A stretch of 64,000 nucleotides of DNA from an uncultured Gemmatimonadaceae bacterium (GCA_963790305.1 CAWBOC010000005.1:736001-800000); one strand, 5' to 3'. Shown: positions 30,187-40,281, counted from the stretch's first letter. Translations and numbers: made by a program. Notes: generated from the letters alone by a model not told the origin.

Positions 30187-30348
30187 ATGCGGCCGAAGCT
30201 TGCACGCATTCTGGTGGCCGTAGTGGCGGTCTTTCTTTTCTACATCATTCTGCGGTCGTCCACGACCCCGAGGCCATCGACCGCCGAGGTTCCGCAGGAC
30301 ACCATGTGCTTCGCGTCGCGCATCGGGCTGCCGTGCAATCCTGACTAA
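30187..30348 (+). CDS. 53-aa membrane-anchored or secreted peptide with C-terminal Cys pair (absent from the ORF track)
   Basis: MRPKLARILVAVVAVFLFYIILRSSTTPRPSTAEVPQDTMCFASRIGLPCNPD*; purine-rich AAGGGGG upstream; fills an intergenic gap. Confidence 0.6.
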   Translation: MRPKLARILVAVVAVFLFYIILRSSTTPRPSTAEVPQDTMCFASRIGLPCNPD

Positions 30349-30725
30349 ATGGGCCGCCGGCGCACGCGGATCGCGCGCAGGGCGGCCGCGACCAGCAGGG
30401 CGATGACCAGGTAAATGGCGACATCGGCGAGAAAGCCACTCAGGTGAAAAAGATCCTCGCCGAGCAGGGCACCAACGAGCGACGCAGCATTGCCGACCGA
30501 GATGCCGTGGTAGTCCGAGATGTAGGGCACGGGGAATCCCAGCACGAGCATCGGGCGGGCGCAAGAGGCGGGGACGGGGGGACAGTCCCAGTCCTGCACT
30601 TCGAGGCGTGTCCCCTGCACGGCGCTGGACGCGAGCGTCAAAGCAACGGCAACGGCCAGTAACGCCACGAACCGTCCGACGCGGCGCATCGCTCGCCGCC
30701 TCGCGTCGTGATTCTGGTGGGACAT
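30345..30725 (-). CDS. Hypothetical membrane protein
   Basis: N- and C-terminal TM segments; GFPVPYI. Confidence 0.65.
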   Translation of the reverse strand: MSHQNHDARRRAMRRVGRFVALLAVAVALTLASSAVQGTRLEVQDWDCPPVPASCARPMLVLGFPVPYISDYHGISVGNAASLVGALLGEDLFHLSGFLADVAIYLVIALLVAAALRAIRVRRRPI

Positions 30726-30753
30726 TCGGCTCTGCTCATCCTCCGGGGAATCG

Positions 30754-31320
30754 TCACCCGTCGTTAGGTGGGAAGCATGGGTGCTCTCTGATGCGCAGCA
30801 CCTGCGCGCGGTGCCGGTCGAGATGAAATCTCAGGAACTCGAGTCGCTGGTGGGCGTCGAGCGGGCCAGAGATCGGGTGGGGATACACGATCGCCGTCAG
30901 CCCGGTTCCCTGCGACTCCGCCAACCTGAGCTCCTTCGCGAGCGCCTCGAGCAAGGGCTGACAGCTTCGCAGCGCCGCGGCCCAGAACGCGACCGGTCCA
31001 CCCCATCGCGGAGCCGCGATCGGCGGCACCTGCTCGCGGTCCTTCCACGTCGATCCAATGACCTCTTCGATCGGCCGCCCCCGGTGCACTGGATCGCCGG
31101 TCCACACTGGACGGCCCGCACGAATCCCCTCGAGCGCCCGCCAAATCCCGTTGATGCCGACGTGCTCGGCGAGCGTGATGTGCTCGACGTTCTCGGTGAT
31201 CGACCACGCGCCGGACTCGGGCCGGAACTCCGCCTGGTCGGCCGACGGCGTGCCCACCGCGTCGAGGAATCGCTCGCGCGCCGCTGCGACATCGCGCAGG
31301 AGACGATCGATCTCACTCAT
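30754..31320 (-). CDS. DinB family protein
   Basis: WSITENVEH, HPISGPLD and HLDRHRAQ motifs. Confidence 0.85.
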   Translation of the reverse strand: MSEIDRLLRDVAAARERFLDAVGTPSADQAEFRPESGAWSITENVEHITLAEHVGINGIWRALEGIRAGRPVWTGDPVHRGRPIEEVIGSTWKDREQVPPIAAPRWGGPVAFWAAALRSCQPLLEALAKELRLAESQGTGLTAIVYPHPISGPLDAHQRLEFLRFHLDRHRAQVLRIREHPCFPPNDG

Positions 31321-31442
31321 ACGATCTCCCGGCTAAAGGATCTCGCCTCGCGCATCGAGGAACGGCTATATAGCTATATGATCATACGGCCTGCCAGAGA
31401 CGCGCCGGACGATCGAACCCCGTGCCGGATGGAGGATCGGGT

Positions 31443-33617
31443 ATGATGACGAAGCGACCATTGCATTTCGCCCTCGCTGCACTGGGCTGCGCCATCCTCG
31501 TGGCCGCGAGCTTCCCGGGATCGGCGGATCGCGATCCGTCGGATGCACGCGTTACCGCGGCAGAGAACGACATCGCGGGCGTCGTCACCGGTCCCAAGGG
31601 GCCAGAGGCCGGAGTTTGGGTGATCGCCGAGACGTCGGACCTGCCGACGAAGTTCGTCAAAATCGTCGTCACCGATGATCGCGGACGGTACGTCATCCCC
31701 GAGCTTCCCAAGGCGAACTACAGCGTCTGGGTGCGCGGCTATGGGCTGGTCGATTCGCCGAAGCATCGCGCTGCTCCGGGCGCCACGCTCAATCTGACTG
31801 CCGTGGTCGCGCCGGATGCGCGCGCGGCCGCCGAGTACTATCCGGCTGGCTACTGGTACTCGCTGATGCGTATTCCCGACAAGAGCGAGTTCCCCGGGAC
31901 GGGACCCGACGGCAACGGCATCTCGCCTAACGTGACGAGCCAGGCGCAGTGGCTGCGGAGCGTGAAGTCGGGCGGCTGCCTGGCCTGCCACCAGCTGGGC
32001 AACAAGGCGACCCGCGAGTTTCCGCCATCACTCGGGAAGCACTCTACCTCCCTCGCGGCGTGGGACTACCGCATTCAGTCCGGCCAGGCCGGGCGCGGAA
32101 TGAGCAGCGCAGTCGACAACCTCGGACGGCAGCGTGCCCTGGCGATGTTCGCCGATTGGACCGACCGCATCGCGAAGGGCGAAGTACCGAGCACGGCGCC
32201 GCGCCGGCCACAGGGCGTGGAGCGGAACGTCGTCATCACGCAGTGGGATTGGGCTGACCCGAAGTCCTATCTCCATGACGTCGTCTCGACCGATCGGCGG
32301 AAGCCGACCGTGAACCCCAACGGCGCGCTCTATGGTGCGCTCGAGTTGAGCGCGGATTACCTCCCGGTGCTCGACCCGGTGCGTCACATCGCGTCCCGCG
32401 TCCCGCTCACCGTTCGCGATCCGAGCACGCCGGCGACGAACCCATCGATGCCGCACCGTTCCCCGTATTGGGGCGATGAAGTGCTCTGGACCAGCAAGAA
32501 CAACGTGCACAATCCGATGCTCGACGAGCGCGGTCGTGTCTGGATCACATCGGCGGTGCGCGCTCCCGACAACCCGCCGTTCTGCACGGCAGGATCGACC
32601 CATCCGTCGGCGAAGCTCTTTCCGGTCGCGCGCGCAAGTCGCCATCTGGCGGTCTACGATCCGAAAACGAAAGAGCTCAAGCACATCAGCACCTGCTTCG
32701 GCACGCACCATCTGATGTTCGCCGAGGATGCGAACAACACGCTGTGGACGAGCGGAGGCGGGCCGGTCGTCGGCTGGTTGAACACGAAGCTCTACGACGA
32801 AACGGGAGATGAGGAGCGCTCGCAGGGCTGGACGGCGCTCGTCATCGACGCCAACGGCAACGGCAGGCGCGACGAGTACGTCGAGCCGGATGCGCCGCTC
32901 GATCCGACCAAGGACAAGCGCATCGCCGCCGGCCTCTATGCGGTGGCGCCGGCGTCCGATGGGTCGGTGTGGGGATCGTCGTTAGGCTTCCCCGGCTCGA
33001 TCATTCGCTTGAATCCCGGCGCGAACCCGCCGGCAACGGCGCTCGCCGAGATCTATGAGCTGCCGTGGAACAACCCTAAGGCCACCGTTCAAGGCTTCTC
33101 CCCGCGCGGGATGGACATCGACCGCAACGGCGTCGTCTGGGCAGCGCTCGCGAGCGGGCACCTTGCCAGCTTCGATCGGCGCAAGTGCACGGGACCGTTG
33201 AACGGTCCGACCGCGACAGGGCAGCACTGCCCGGAAGGATGGACGTTCTACAGGGAGCCGTTGCCGCAGATGCAAGGCGTAACTGATCCCGGGAGCGCCG
33301 AGGCGAGCTATTACACCTGGGTCGATCAGTTCAACACGTTCGGGTTAGGCGCGAACATCCCGATTAACACCGGCAATCTGTCAGAAGGGCTGCTGGTACT
33401 GAAGGACGGGCAATGGATCATTCTGCGCGTTCCGTATCCACTCGGCTTTTTCACCAAGTGGCTGGATGGGCGCATCGACAATCCGGCCACGGGGTGGAAG
33501 GGTCGTGGGCTGTGGGCGACCATCAGCACGCGCGCACCGTTCCATATGGAGGGTGGCAAGGGAACGACGAGTAAGGTCATGAAGTTCCAGCTGCGACCTG
33601 ATCCGCTCGCCAGGTAG
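31443..33617 (+). CDS. Secreted protein: carboxypeptidase-regulatory-like domain, c-type heme motif and Vgb/NHL-like beta-propeller
   Basis: Signal peptide; VTDDRGRYVIPELP..YSVWVRGYGLVDS; CLACH at 31977-31991; propeller-like D..G.VW repeats. Confidence 0.8.
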   Translation: MMTKRPLHFALAALGCAILVAASFPGSADRDPSDARVTAAENDIAGVVTGPKGPEAGVWVIAETSDLPTKFVKIVVTDDRGRYVIPELPKANYSVWVRGYGLVDSPKHRAAPGATLNLTAVVAPDARAAAEYYPAGYWYSLMRIPDKSEFPGTGPDGNGISPNVTSQAQWLRSVKSGGCLACHQLGNKATREFPPSLGKHSTSLAAWDYRIQSGQAGRGMSSAVDNLGRQRALAMFADWTDRIAKGEVPSTAPRRPQGVERNVVITQWDWADPKSYLHDVVSTDRRKPTVNPNGALYGALELSADYLPVLDPVRHIASRVPLTVRDPSTPATNPSMPHRSPYWGDEVLWTSKNNVHNPMLDERGRVWITSAVRAPDNPPFCTAGSTHPSAKLFPVARASRHLAVYDPKTKELKHISTCFGTHHLMFAEDANNTLWTSGGGPVVGWLNTKLYDETGDEERSQGWTALVIDANGNGRRDEYVEPDAPLDPTKDKRIAAGLYAVAPASDGSVWGSSLGFPGSIIRLNPGANPPATALAEIYELPWNNPKATVQGFSPRGMDIDRNGVVWAALASGHLASFDRRKCTGPLNGPTATGQHCPEGWTFYREPLPQMQGVTDPGSAEASYYTWVDQFNTFGLGANIPINTGNLSEGLLVLKDGQWIILRVPYPLGFFTKWLDGRIDNPATGWKGRGLWATISTRAPFHMEGGKGTTSKVMKFQLRPDPLAR

Positions 33618-33632
33618 GGCACCGCGCGACGC

Positions 33633-34277
33633 GTGCCCCATCCCCGGTCACAGCTCGCCGAGGAGTTCGGCGAGATCGACATCTATCTGTTCGACCAGCT
33701 CCTGCGCGCCCGGATCATACCGGGGATGACGGTGCTGGACGCGGGCTGCGGCCACGGTCGTAACCTCGTCTATCTGATGAGGAACGGGTACGAGGTGATG
33801 GGAGTCGACGAGGACCGCGCCGCGATCGACGCGGTGCGACGTCACGCCGCGGAGTTGGCTCCGCATCTACCGCCGCAGAACTTCCGCGTCGAGCCGATCG
33901 AGCACATGAGCTTGGCCGATGCGGTCGTCGACGTCGTCATTGGCAACGCCGTGCTTCACTTTGCGCGCGATGAACCGCACTTCGCTGCCATGCTCAACGA
34001 GATGTGGCGTGTCCTGCGGCCCGGTGGAATGCTGTTCTGCCGCCTTGCGTCGACGATTGGCATGGAAGGCCGCTTCCGTCACATATCCGGCCGCCGGTTT
34101 CAGCTTCTGGACGGCTCGGAGCGCTTTCTCGTCGACGAACCAATGCTCATGGACGCGACCGTGCGCCTTGGAGGTGACCTGCTCGATCCGCTGAAGACGA
34201 CCGTCGTGCAGAATCTGCGCTGCATGACGACGTGGGTCGCGCGAAAACGGCCCACCGCGAAGAGAGCGGGGGCGTGA
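33633..34277 (+). CDS. Class I SAM-dependent methyltransferase
   Basis: VLDAGCGHGRN and RVLRPGG motifs. Confidence 0.9.
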   Translation: MPHPRSQLAEEFGEIDIYLFDQLLRARIIPGMTVLDAGCGHGRNLVYLMRNGYEVMGVDEDRAAIDAVRRHAAELAPHLPPQNFRVEPIEHMSLADAVVDVVIGNAVLHFARDEPHFAAMLNEMWRVLRPGGMLFCRLASTIGMEGRFRHISGRRFQLLDGSERFLVDEPMLMDATVRLGGDLLDPLKTTVVQNLRCMTTWVARKRPTAKRAGA

Positions 34278-34287
34278 CCGTATCTTC

Positions 34288-35346
34288 GTGACACTCCTGA
34301 TCTACGGCTCCACCGGCTACACCGGGCGCCTCATCGTTGCGGAAGCGCTCGCGCGCGGGCTACGCCCGATACTTGCCGGCCGCAACGCCGAGACCGTGCG
34401 AGTCCACGCCCAGTCGCTGGGCCTGGAGTGGCACGCGGCGAGGATCGATGATCCCACTGCGCTGGATGCCGCCCTCACGAACGCCGCCGTCGTGCTGCAT
34501 TGCGCGGGGCCCTTTGCGCACACCTGGCGCGCGATGTCCGATGCCTGCCTGCGCCGGCGTGCACATTATCTCGACATCACCGGAGAGATCGCGGTATTCG
34601 AGGGACTTGCCCGACGCGACGCCGAGGCGCGAGCGGCCGGAATCATGCTACTCCCCGGTGTGGGCTTCGATGTGGTGCCTTCAGACTGTCTGGCAGCGCA
34701 TCTCGCCCGCCGATTGCCTAACGCCGAGAGGCTCTCCCTCGCGTTTCGCGCGGTCGGTGGGGCTTCACGTGGAACCCTCACCACGATGGTCGAGAACCTC
34801 GGATCACCAGGCGCGATACGACGCGACGGGAAGATCGTCGCGGTACCACAGGCGTGGCGTACGCGCCGGATCGACTTCGGTGACGGCAAGCTACGAGACG
34901 CGACCACGATCCCGTGGGGCGACGTGTCCACGGCGTTTCACAGCACGGGCATTCCCGCCATCGAGGTATACGTCAGCATGCGGCCAGCGCTCCGCCGCGC
35001 CGCCATCGCCTCGCGCTGGCTCGGCCCCGTGCTCCGCAGTGGCATCGTCCGTCGCGTGCTCACCGCGTGGGTGCGCCGCGGCGCACCAGGCCCGAGCGAT
35101 GGAGACCGCCAGCGGGGTGCGAGTCTACTCTGGGGAGAAGCGACGGCGGCGACCGGTGAACGTGTGCAATCCAGGCTCCGCGGAGCGAGCGGTTACGTCC
35201 TGACCGCGCAAGCCGCCGTGCACCTCGCGGCGAAAGCGCTGGCAGGAGAAGCTCCTTCGGGATTTCAGACGCCTTCTCGAGCGTATGGGCCGGATGTGAT
35301 CCTGGAGATACCCGGCGTCACGCGCACCGACGTCACGCCCGCCTAA
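34288..35346 (+). CDS. Saccharopine dehydrogenase family oxidoreductase
   Basis: YGSTGYTG, HCAGPF, YLDITGE and GFDVVPSD motifs. Confidence 0.92.
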   Translation: MTLLIYGSTGYTGRLIVAEALARGLRPILAGRNAETVRVHAQSLGLEWHAARIDDPTALDAALTNAAVVLHCAGPFAHTWRAMSDACLRRRAHYLDITGEIAVFEGLARRDAEARAAGIMLLPGVGFDVVPSDCLAAHLARRLPNAERLSLAFRAVGGASRGTLTTMVENLGSPGAIRRDGKIVAVPQAWRTRRIDFGDGKLRDATTIPWGDVSTAFHSTGIPAIEVYVSMRPALRRAAIASRWLGPVLRSGIVRRVLTAWVRRGAPGPSDGDRQRGASLLWGEATAATGERVQSRLRGASGYVLTAQAAVHLAAKALAGEAPSGFQTPSRAYGPDVILEIPGVTRTDVTPA

Positions 35347-35725
35347 CGTCGGCTTCGTCCCCGGAAGCTGCGGGCGGGTGCCCGAGGGCGGTTCCGAGCA
35401 GGGTCGCCGCGTATGCCGCGGCGACTAGGAGCGCGAGCAAACCCACGTTGCGATGCGGAGGCAGCGCCGCGTACGCGTGGAATACGATTGCGGCGACGGC
35501 TGCGCCGACGGCGAGCCGACGTGCGCTCCGGTGCTGGCGCCAGAGGGAGAGAGCTGCCAGCGCGATGAGCAGGCTCACCGTCGTGCCAACCAGGCCAATG
35601 ATCAGTGGCTGGACTTCTCCGCCGCGAATGCCGCGAACGAGAAGCTCATCTACCGCGCCGAAGCCGAGGAAAATCGCCACGAGAATGCCGAGGGCGACGA
35701 CCGCGCCGCGCAACATGACCGTCAT
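35333..35725 (-). CDS. Hypothetical 4-TM membrane protein
   Basis: SD GGAGG; four hydrophobic segments. Confidence 0.7.
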   Translation of the reverse strand: MTVMLRGAVVALGILVAIFLGFGAVDELLVRGIRGGEVQPLIIGLVGTTVSLLIALAALSLWRQHRSARRLAVGAAVAAIVFHAYAALPPHRNVGLLALLVAAAYAATLLGTALGHPPAASGDEADVRRA

Positions 35726-35876
35726 TTGCGCCTCCAGAGTGAGCGTGTGCAGTATGGACAAGGCGATGGAGCTGTGACCATAGCGAGCAGTGGCCGCGCG
35801 CGCATGAAAGAAGCGTGAGTGCGGCGTGAAGATTCCATTACAGCCGGACGTCATCTACTTACGCGGTGGCAAAACG

Positions 35877-37200
35877 ATGGCGAAGGAAGAGCCAGCCGAG
35901 GTCCTGTCGATCGAGGGTCACGACGTCCGGATAACCAATCCGGACAAGCCGTACTTCACGCGAGCGGTCAAGCTCTCGAAGCTGGAGCTGGTGCAGTACT
36001 ATCTCTCGGTCGCCCCGGGTGCGGTCGCCGGCATCCGCGATCGCCCCCTCGTGCTCAAGCGCTATGTGAATGGCGCCGAACGCGAGCCGTTCTACCAGAA
36101 GCGAGCGCCTGAGAGCCGGCCGGCATGGCTGAAGACGGTCACACTCTCGTTTCCTTCCGGGCGCACCGCCGAGGAGATCGTCGTCGACAATGCCGCGGGT
36201 CTCGCGTGGGTCGTGAATCTGGGATGCATCGAGCTGCACCCGCACGCTGTACGGGCGACCGATCTCGATCACCCCAATGAGCTGCGCATCGACCTCGATC
36301 CGGGCCCGGGCGTCGAGTGGAACGACGTGCGGCGCGTCGCGATCGAGGCGAAGACGCTCCTGGAGGAAGTGGGACTGCGTGGGTGGCCCAAGACGAGCGG
36401 CTCGCGGGGGATGCACATCAACGTCCGCATCCATCAACGGTGGACGTTTACCGAAGTCCGCCGTGCCGCGCTGGCGTTCTCACGGGAGATCGAGCGACGT
36501 GCTCCGGCGCTGGCGACGTCGAAATGGTGGAAGGAGGAGCGCCGGGGCGTCTTTCTCGATTACAACCAGAACGCCAAGGATCGGACGACCTGCTCCGCGT
36601 ACTCCGTGCGTCCGCTTCCCGATACGCGCGTCTCGGCGCCGCTGCACTGGGAAGAGGTCCCGGAGTGTGAGCCCGCCGACTTCACGGTGCTCACGATGCC
36701 CGCGCGCCTAACCGCGATGGGGGACCCGCATAGCGCGATGGACGAGCATCCCGGATCGCTCGAGGGGTTGCTCGAGCTGGCGGAGCGCGACGAGGCCGCC
36801 GGCCTGGGTGACGCGCCCTGGCCGCCGCATTTCCGCAAGAATGGAAGGAGAAGGGGCGCGTGTTGCCCCCTCTCGCGCAAAGGGCGCGCGCAAGGCAGCG
36901 AAGAAAACGCCGGCCAAGCCGCGAGCGAAAATGCCGTTGATCGTCGTCGCGAATTCCACGGACAAGGAAGCCGCGCTGGCCGGGCTCGAGCGATGGAAGG
37001 CCAAGCATCCCGAGGCCGCATCTCACCTGGCGACCGATGATGTGTTGGTCGATTCCATGAGAGGACGGTCGTCGACGTGGACGCGCATTCGGGTGAACCT
37101 GCGCCACGTTCCGGAGGAGATCAGGCCGGCGCAGGAGACGCCTGACCCGGACGACGACCCGACGCGCGCGTGGAGGGAGGCGCGTCGTCCCCGCTCATGA
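35877..37200 (+). CDS. LigD-type primase/polymerase domain protein with C-terminal extension; frameshift near 36840
   Basis: TNPDK, FYQKRAP, ELRIDLDP, KTSGSRGMH, DYNQN and YSVRP motifs; continues in ORF 36808..37200. Confidence 0.9.
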
Positions 37201-37206
37201 CGGCCC

Positions 37207-37353
37207 GCAACGGCAACGGCAACAGCTTTCTTAACGCAGAGGTCGCAGAGGATGCAGAGGAGATTCAACTGCTAAGGCTTTTCCAAAAAGCCTTGTGTTG
37301 AAGTTCCTCTGCGTCCTCTGCGTCCTCTGCGTTCAAAAAGCCGTTGCCGTTGC
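37207..37353. repeat. Compound palindrome with GCAACG hexamer and CGCAGAGGA nonamer arms
   Basis: GCAACGGCAACGGCAAC..AACGCAGAGGTCGCAGAGGATGCAGAGG is inverted as CCTCTGCGTCCTCTGCGTCCTCTGCGTT..CCGTTGCCGTTGC; between convergent genes. Confidence 0.92.
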
Positions 37354-37363
37354 ACCGGTTCCA

Positions 37364-38449
37364 TTACCTCGGCGCAAAGATCTCGGACAGCTCGTGCGGC
37401 GGCACGACCTCCAGCTGCTCGTACGTGCAGTCGGTAGGCTTCTTGTCTGTCCGCCATCGCCGAAACTGCGCGGTGTGTCGGAAACGGTCGCCTTGCATGT
37501 GGTCGTACGCGACCTGAACGACCAGCTCCGGCCGCAGCGGCTCCCATGACAAATCCTTCCCCTGACTCCAACGGCTCGTCGCCCCCGGCCGCCGGTGCAT
37601 CTCGGCTTCCTCGGGAGACTGATGCTCCGCCCACCCGCGCCACGGATGATTCTCGAGGGCATTTTCGCGGAATGGCTCGAGAAACTGCACCAGCTCGAGA
37701 CGCTTCGCATCGGTGAAGCTCGCGCACACGCCGACATGCTCGAGACTGCCAGTGTCACTGTAGAGACCCAGCAACAACGACCCGACCGAGGTCTTCTGGC
37801 CGCGCTTGTGCCACCGAAACCCGGCGACGACGCAGTCGCATTCCCGCTCATGCTTCACCTTCAGCATGACACGCTTGTTCGGTTCGTAGAGCCCGGTCTG
37901 GAGCTTCGCGATCACCCCGTCGAGGCCCGCGCCCTCGAACCGCCGAAACCAGTCTGCAGCGATCCCACGATCGCGCGTCGCCGGCGTGAGATGAATCGGC
38001 GGCGCGGCGTCACCGAGCAGTGACTCGAGCCGGGTGCGTCGCTCGACGAACGGAGTGCTCCGCAGATCGCGGTCGCCTTCGCAGAGCAGATCGAAGAACA
38101 CGACCGACGCGGGGATCTCACAGGAGAGCAGCTTCACTCGCGATGCCGCGGGATGCAGTCGCAGCTGCAGCGAATCGAAGTCGAGACCGCCGTCGCGCGC
38201 GATGACGAGCTCGCCATCGAGCGCGCACTGCGTCGGTAGGTGCGCCTTCAGCGGATCGACGAGCTCAGGGAAATAACGATTGAGCGGCTTCTCATCGCGA
38301 CTCTGGATGAAGACCTCGTCGCCATCGCGGAAGATGAGCGTCCGGAAGCCGTCCCACTTGGGCTCGAAGATCCATCCTTCGCCGGGCGGTAGCTCGCTGA
38401 CACGCTTGGCGAGCATGGGCAGAACCGGCGGATTGACCGGAAGCTGCAT
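37364..38449 (-). CDS. ATP-dependent DNA ligase (LigC-like)
   Basis: PMLAK, EPKWDGFR (KxDG), LDGE, GLDGVIAK and RFRH motifs. Confidence 0.93.
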   Translation of the reverse strand: MQLPVNPPVLPMLAKRVSELPPGEGWIFEPKWDGFRTLIFRDGDEVFIQSRDEKPLNRYFPELVDPLKAHLPTQCALDGELVIARDGGLDFDSLQLRLHPAASRVKLLSCEIPASVVFFDLLCEGDRDLRSTPFVERRTRLESLLGDAAPPIHLTPATRDRGIAADWFRRFEGAGLDGVIAKLQTGLYEPNKRVMLKVKHERECDCVVAGFRWHKRGQKTSVGSLLLGLYSDTGSLEHVGVCASFTDAKRLELVQFLEPFRENALENHPWRGWAEHQSPEEAEMHRRPGATSRWSQGKDLSWEPLRPELVVQVAYDHMQGDRFRHTAQFRRWRTDKKPTDCTYEQLEVVPPHELSEIFAPR

Positions 38450-38451
38450 GC

Positions 38452-38944
38452 CTACCGCAGCAACTTTTCGTAGCGCCAGATCTCCAGCGGAAATGCGCCG
38501 CTCGATGCTTCCGCCTGGTAGGCCTCGGCTCCTGCGCGCCGCCACCCGCGCTTTTCGTAGAATCGCGCGGCTCGCTCGTTTCCAATCGCGCACGCGAGCC
38601 ACGCGGTCTCGACGCCAGACGCGGCCAGCTGTTCTTCGGCATCGTCAATCAGAACCGCCGCTGCACCCGAGCCCCGTGAGCGCGCCGCCACGTAGAGCTG
38701 ATAGAGCTCATCGCCCTTGATCATGGAGAAACCCACCGGCCCTGCATCATCGCGAATGACACGCACAGTCGGGAGCGCCGATCGAATCCTCTCTCGGAAG
38801 CTCTCCAGGGTACGCTGTCGAGCAAGCTCGGCTGGCAGAATGGGTGCGTGCGCGTCATGCCAGCCCTCATGCCAGATGCTGGCGAGCCGATCGAATGTCC
38901 GCTTCCACGGCATCGCTCACACTCATACTGTCGGTCACACTCAT
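38452..38944 (-). CDS. GNAT family N-acetyltransferase; probable frameshift near 38895
   Basis: QLYV..RGSG and NERAARFYEKRGW motifs. N-terminus MSVTDSMSVSDAVEADI is in the adjacent frame and overlaps the upstream stop (ATGA). Confidence 0.85.
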
Positions 38945-40281
38945 ACGGTCGGTGTCCAGTTAGGCGCGTAGTCCCGCTGCCAGTGCTTCATCGCGGCCTG
39001 GTCACCGACGATACGTCCGGACTTCGGGTCCGTCTGCAACTTGCGGCCGGTGTACTGCGCAATGTTTCCCAGATGGCAGAGCAGAATACTCTTCGCGACC
39101 TCAGAGACGGGCGATCGTAGCACTTCTCCCGTTCGCACGGCGGCGGCGAAGTTCTCAATGTGCGCGCTCGTCTGCGCATCGTTGCCGGCGAAGTCGAGAC
39201 CGTCAGTGATCACCGCCTCGTGCACCTCGCGAACAACCGACCCCTTTACGTCATACTGGACGTAGCCGGCACGGTCGAGCACGATCGATCCCTCCGTTCC
39301 GAGCACCTGCGTCCCGCGCCCGCGGCCGAGGGTCTGAGAGCCGTTACAGCTCTGCCCCTGCCAGGTGATGGTCCTTCCATCGTCGAACTCGAACACCGCT
39401 TCCTGCGTATCGGTGAACTCCCAGTCATCATCGAAGTGAAAGCGACCGCCGGCTGACGCGACCCGCGTCGGATAGTCGACGCCCAGCGCCCACCGAGCGA
39501 CGTCGATCTCATGCGTGCCGTTGTTACAGATCTCGCCCGTACCCCAGCGCCGGAACCAGTGCCAGTTGTAATGCACGACGTTGTCGCGGTAGGGCGTCCG
39601 CGGCGCCGGGCCCTGCCACAGCTCATAGTCCAGGTGGGACGGCTTCGGCACCGCTTTGCCGCGCCCAATGGTGCCGCGCGTGTTGGCATACCACGCACGC
39701 GCGAGATACGGACGGCCAATGACCCCGTCACGAATCGCCTGAATGGCCTCGATCGATCGCACGCCGGAGCGCTGCTGGTTGCCGACCTGTACGACTCGCG
39801 AGTACTTCCGCTGAGCGGCAACCAGTAGCTCCAGCTCGCGCGCGTTGTGACTGGCGGGCTTCTCGACGTAGACGTGCTTTCCCGCCTTGAGCGCCAGAAT
39901 CGCCGCTGGGGCGTGCCAGTGATCGGGGACGGCGATCACGAGCGCGTCGACATTCGTGTCGTCGAGCGCGCGTCGGAAATCGCTGATGGCCTTGGGTGAC
40001 CTGGCAGCATCCTGCTGGAGCTCGCCCTGCGCCTTGGCGAGGACGACGGCGTCGACATCGCAGAGGTAGGCGACCTCGGTGTTCTGCGAGCGCATGAAGT
40101 TGCGCGCGAGCACCATCCCTCGCCCATTCAGCCCCATGACCGCGACGACCACCTTCTCGCTCGGCGATCCTCGGAAGTAGAGTGCCGGCGATGGAACGTG
40201 AGTCGCGGTCACCAGGCCGAGTCCCGCGAGCGATGTGTCGCGGAGGAACTCTCGGCGATCGAGGGTCGGCTTCCTGGTCAT
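38941..40281 (-). CDS. Tat-exported Gfo/Idh/MocA family oxidoreductase
   Basis: DRREFL Tat signal; GLNGRG, PDHWH and YVEKP motifs. Confidence 0.93.
   Translation of the reverse strand: MTRKPTLDRREFLRDTSLAGLGLVTATHVPSPALYFRGSPSEKVVVAVMGLNGRGMVLARNFMRSQNTEVAYLCDVDAVVLAKAQGELQQDAARSPKAISDFRRALDDTNVDALVIAVPDHWHAPAAILALKAGKHVYVEKPASHNARELELLVAAQRKYSRVVQVGNQQRSGVRSIEAIQAIRDGVIGRPYLARAWYANTRGTIGRGKAVPKPSHLDYELWQGPAPRTPYRDNVVHYNWHWFRRWGTGEICNNGTHEIDVARWALGVDYPTRVASAGGRFHFDDDWEFTDTQEAVFEFDDGRTITWQGQSCNGSQTLGRGRGTQVLGTEGSIVLDRAGYVQYDVKGSVVREVHEAVITDGLDFAGNDAQTSAHIENFAAAVRTGEVLRSPVSEVAKSILLCHLGNIAQYTGRKLQTDPKSGRIVGDQAAMKHWQRDYAPNWTPTV

Noticed and set aside
30307..30336. Resemblance of CFASRIGLPC to the natriuretic peptide ring
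   Set aside because: The ring is much shorter and the match too brief to imply homology.
9545..37353. Repeat clusters as CRISPR arrays
   Set aside because: Units are 7-10 nt, contiguous and inverted, with no unique spacers and no cas genes.
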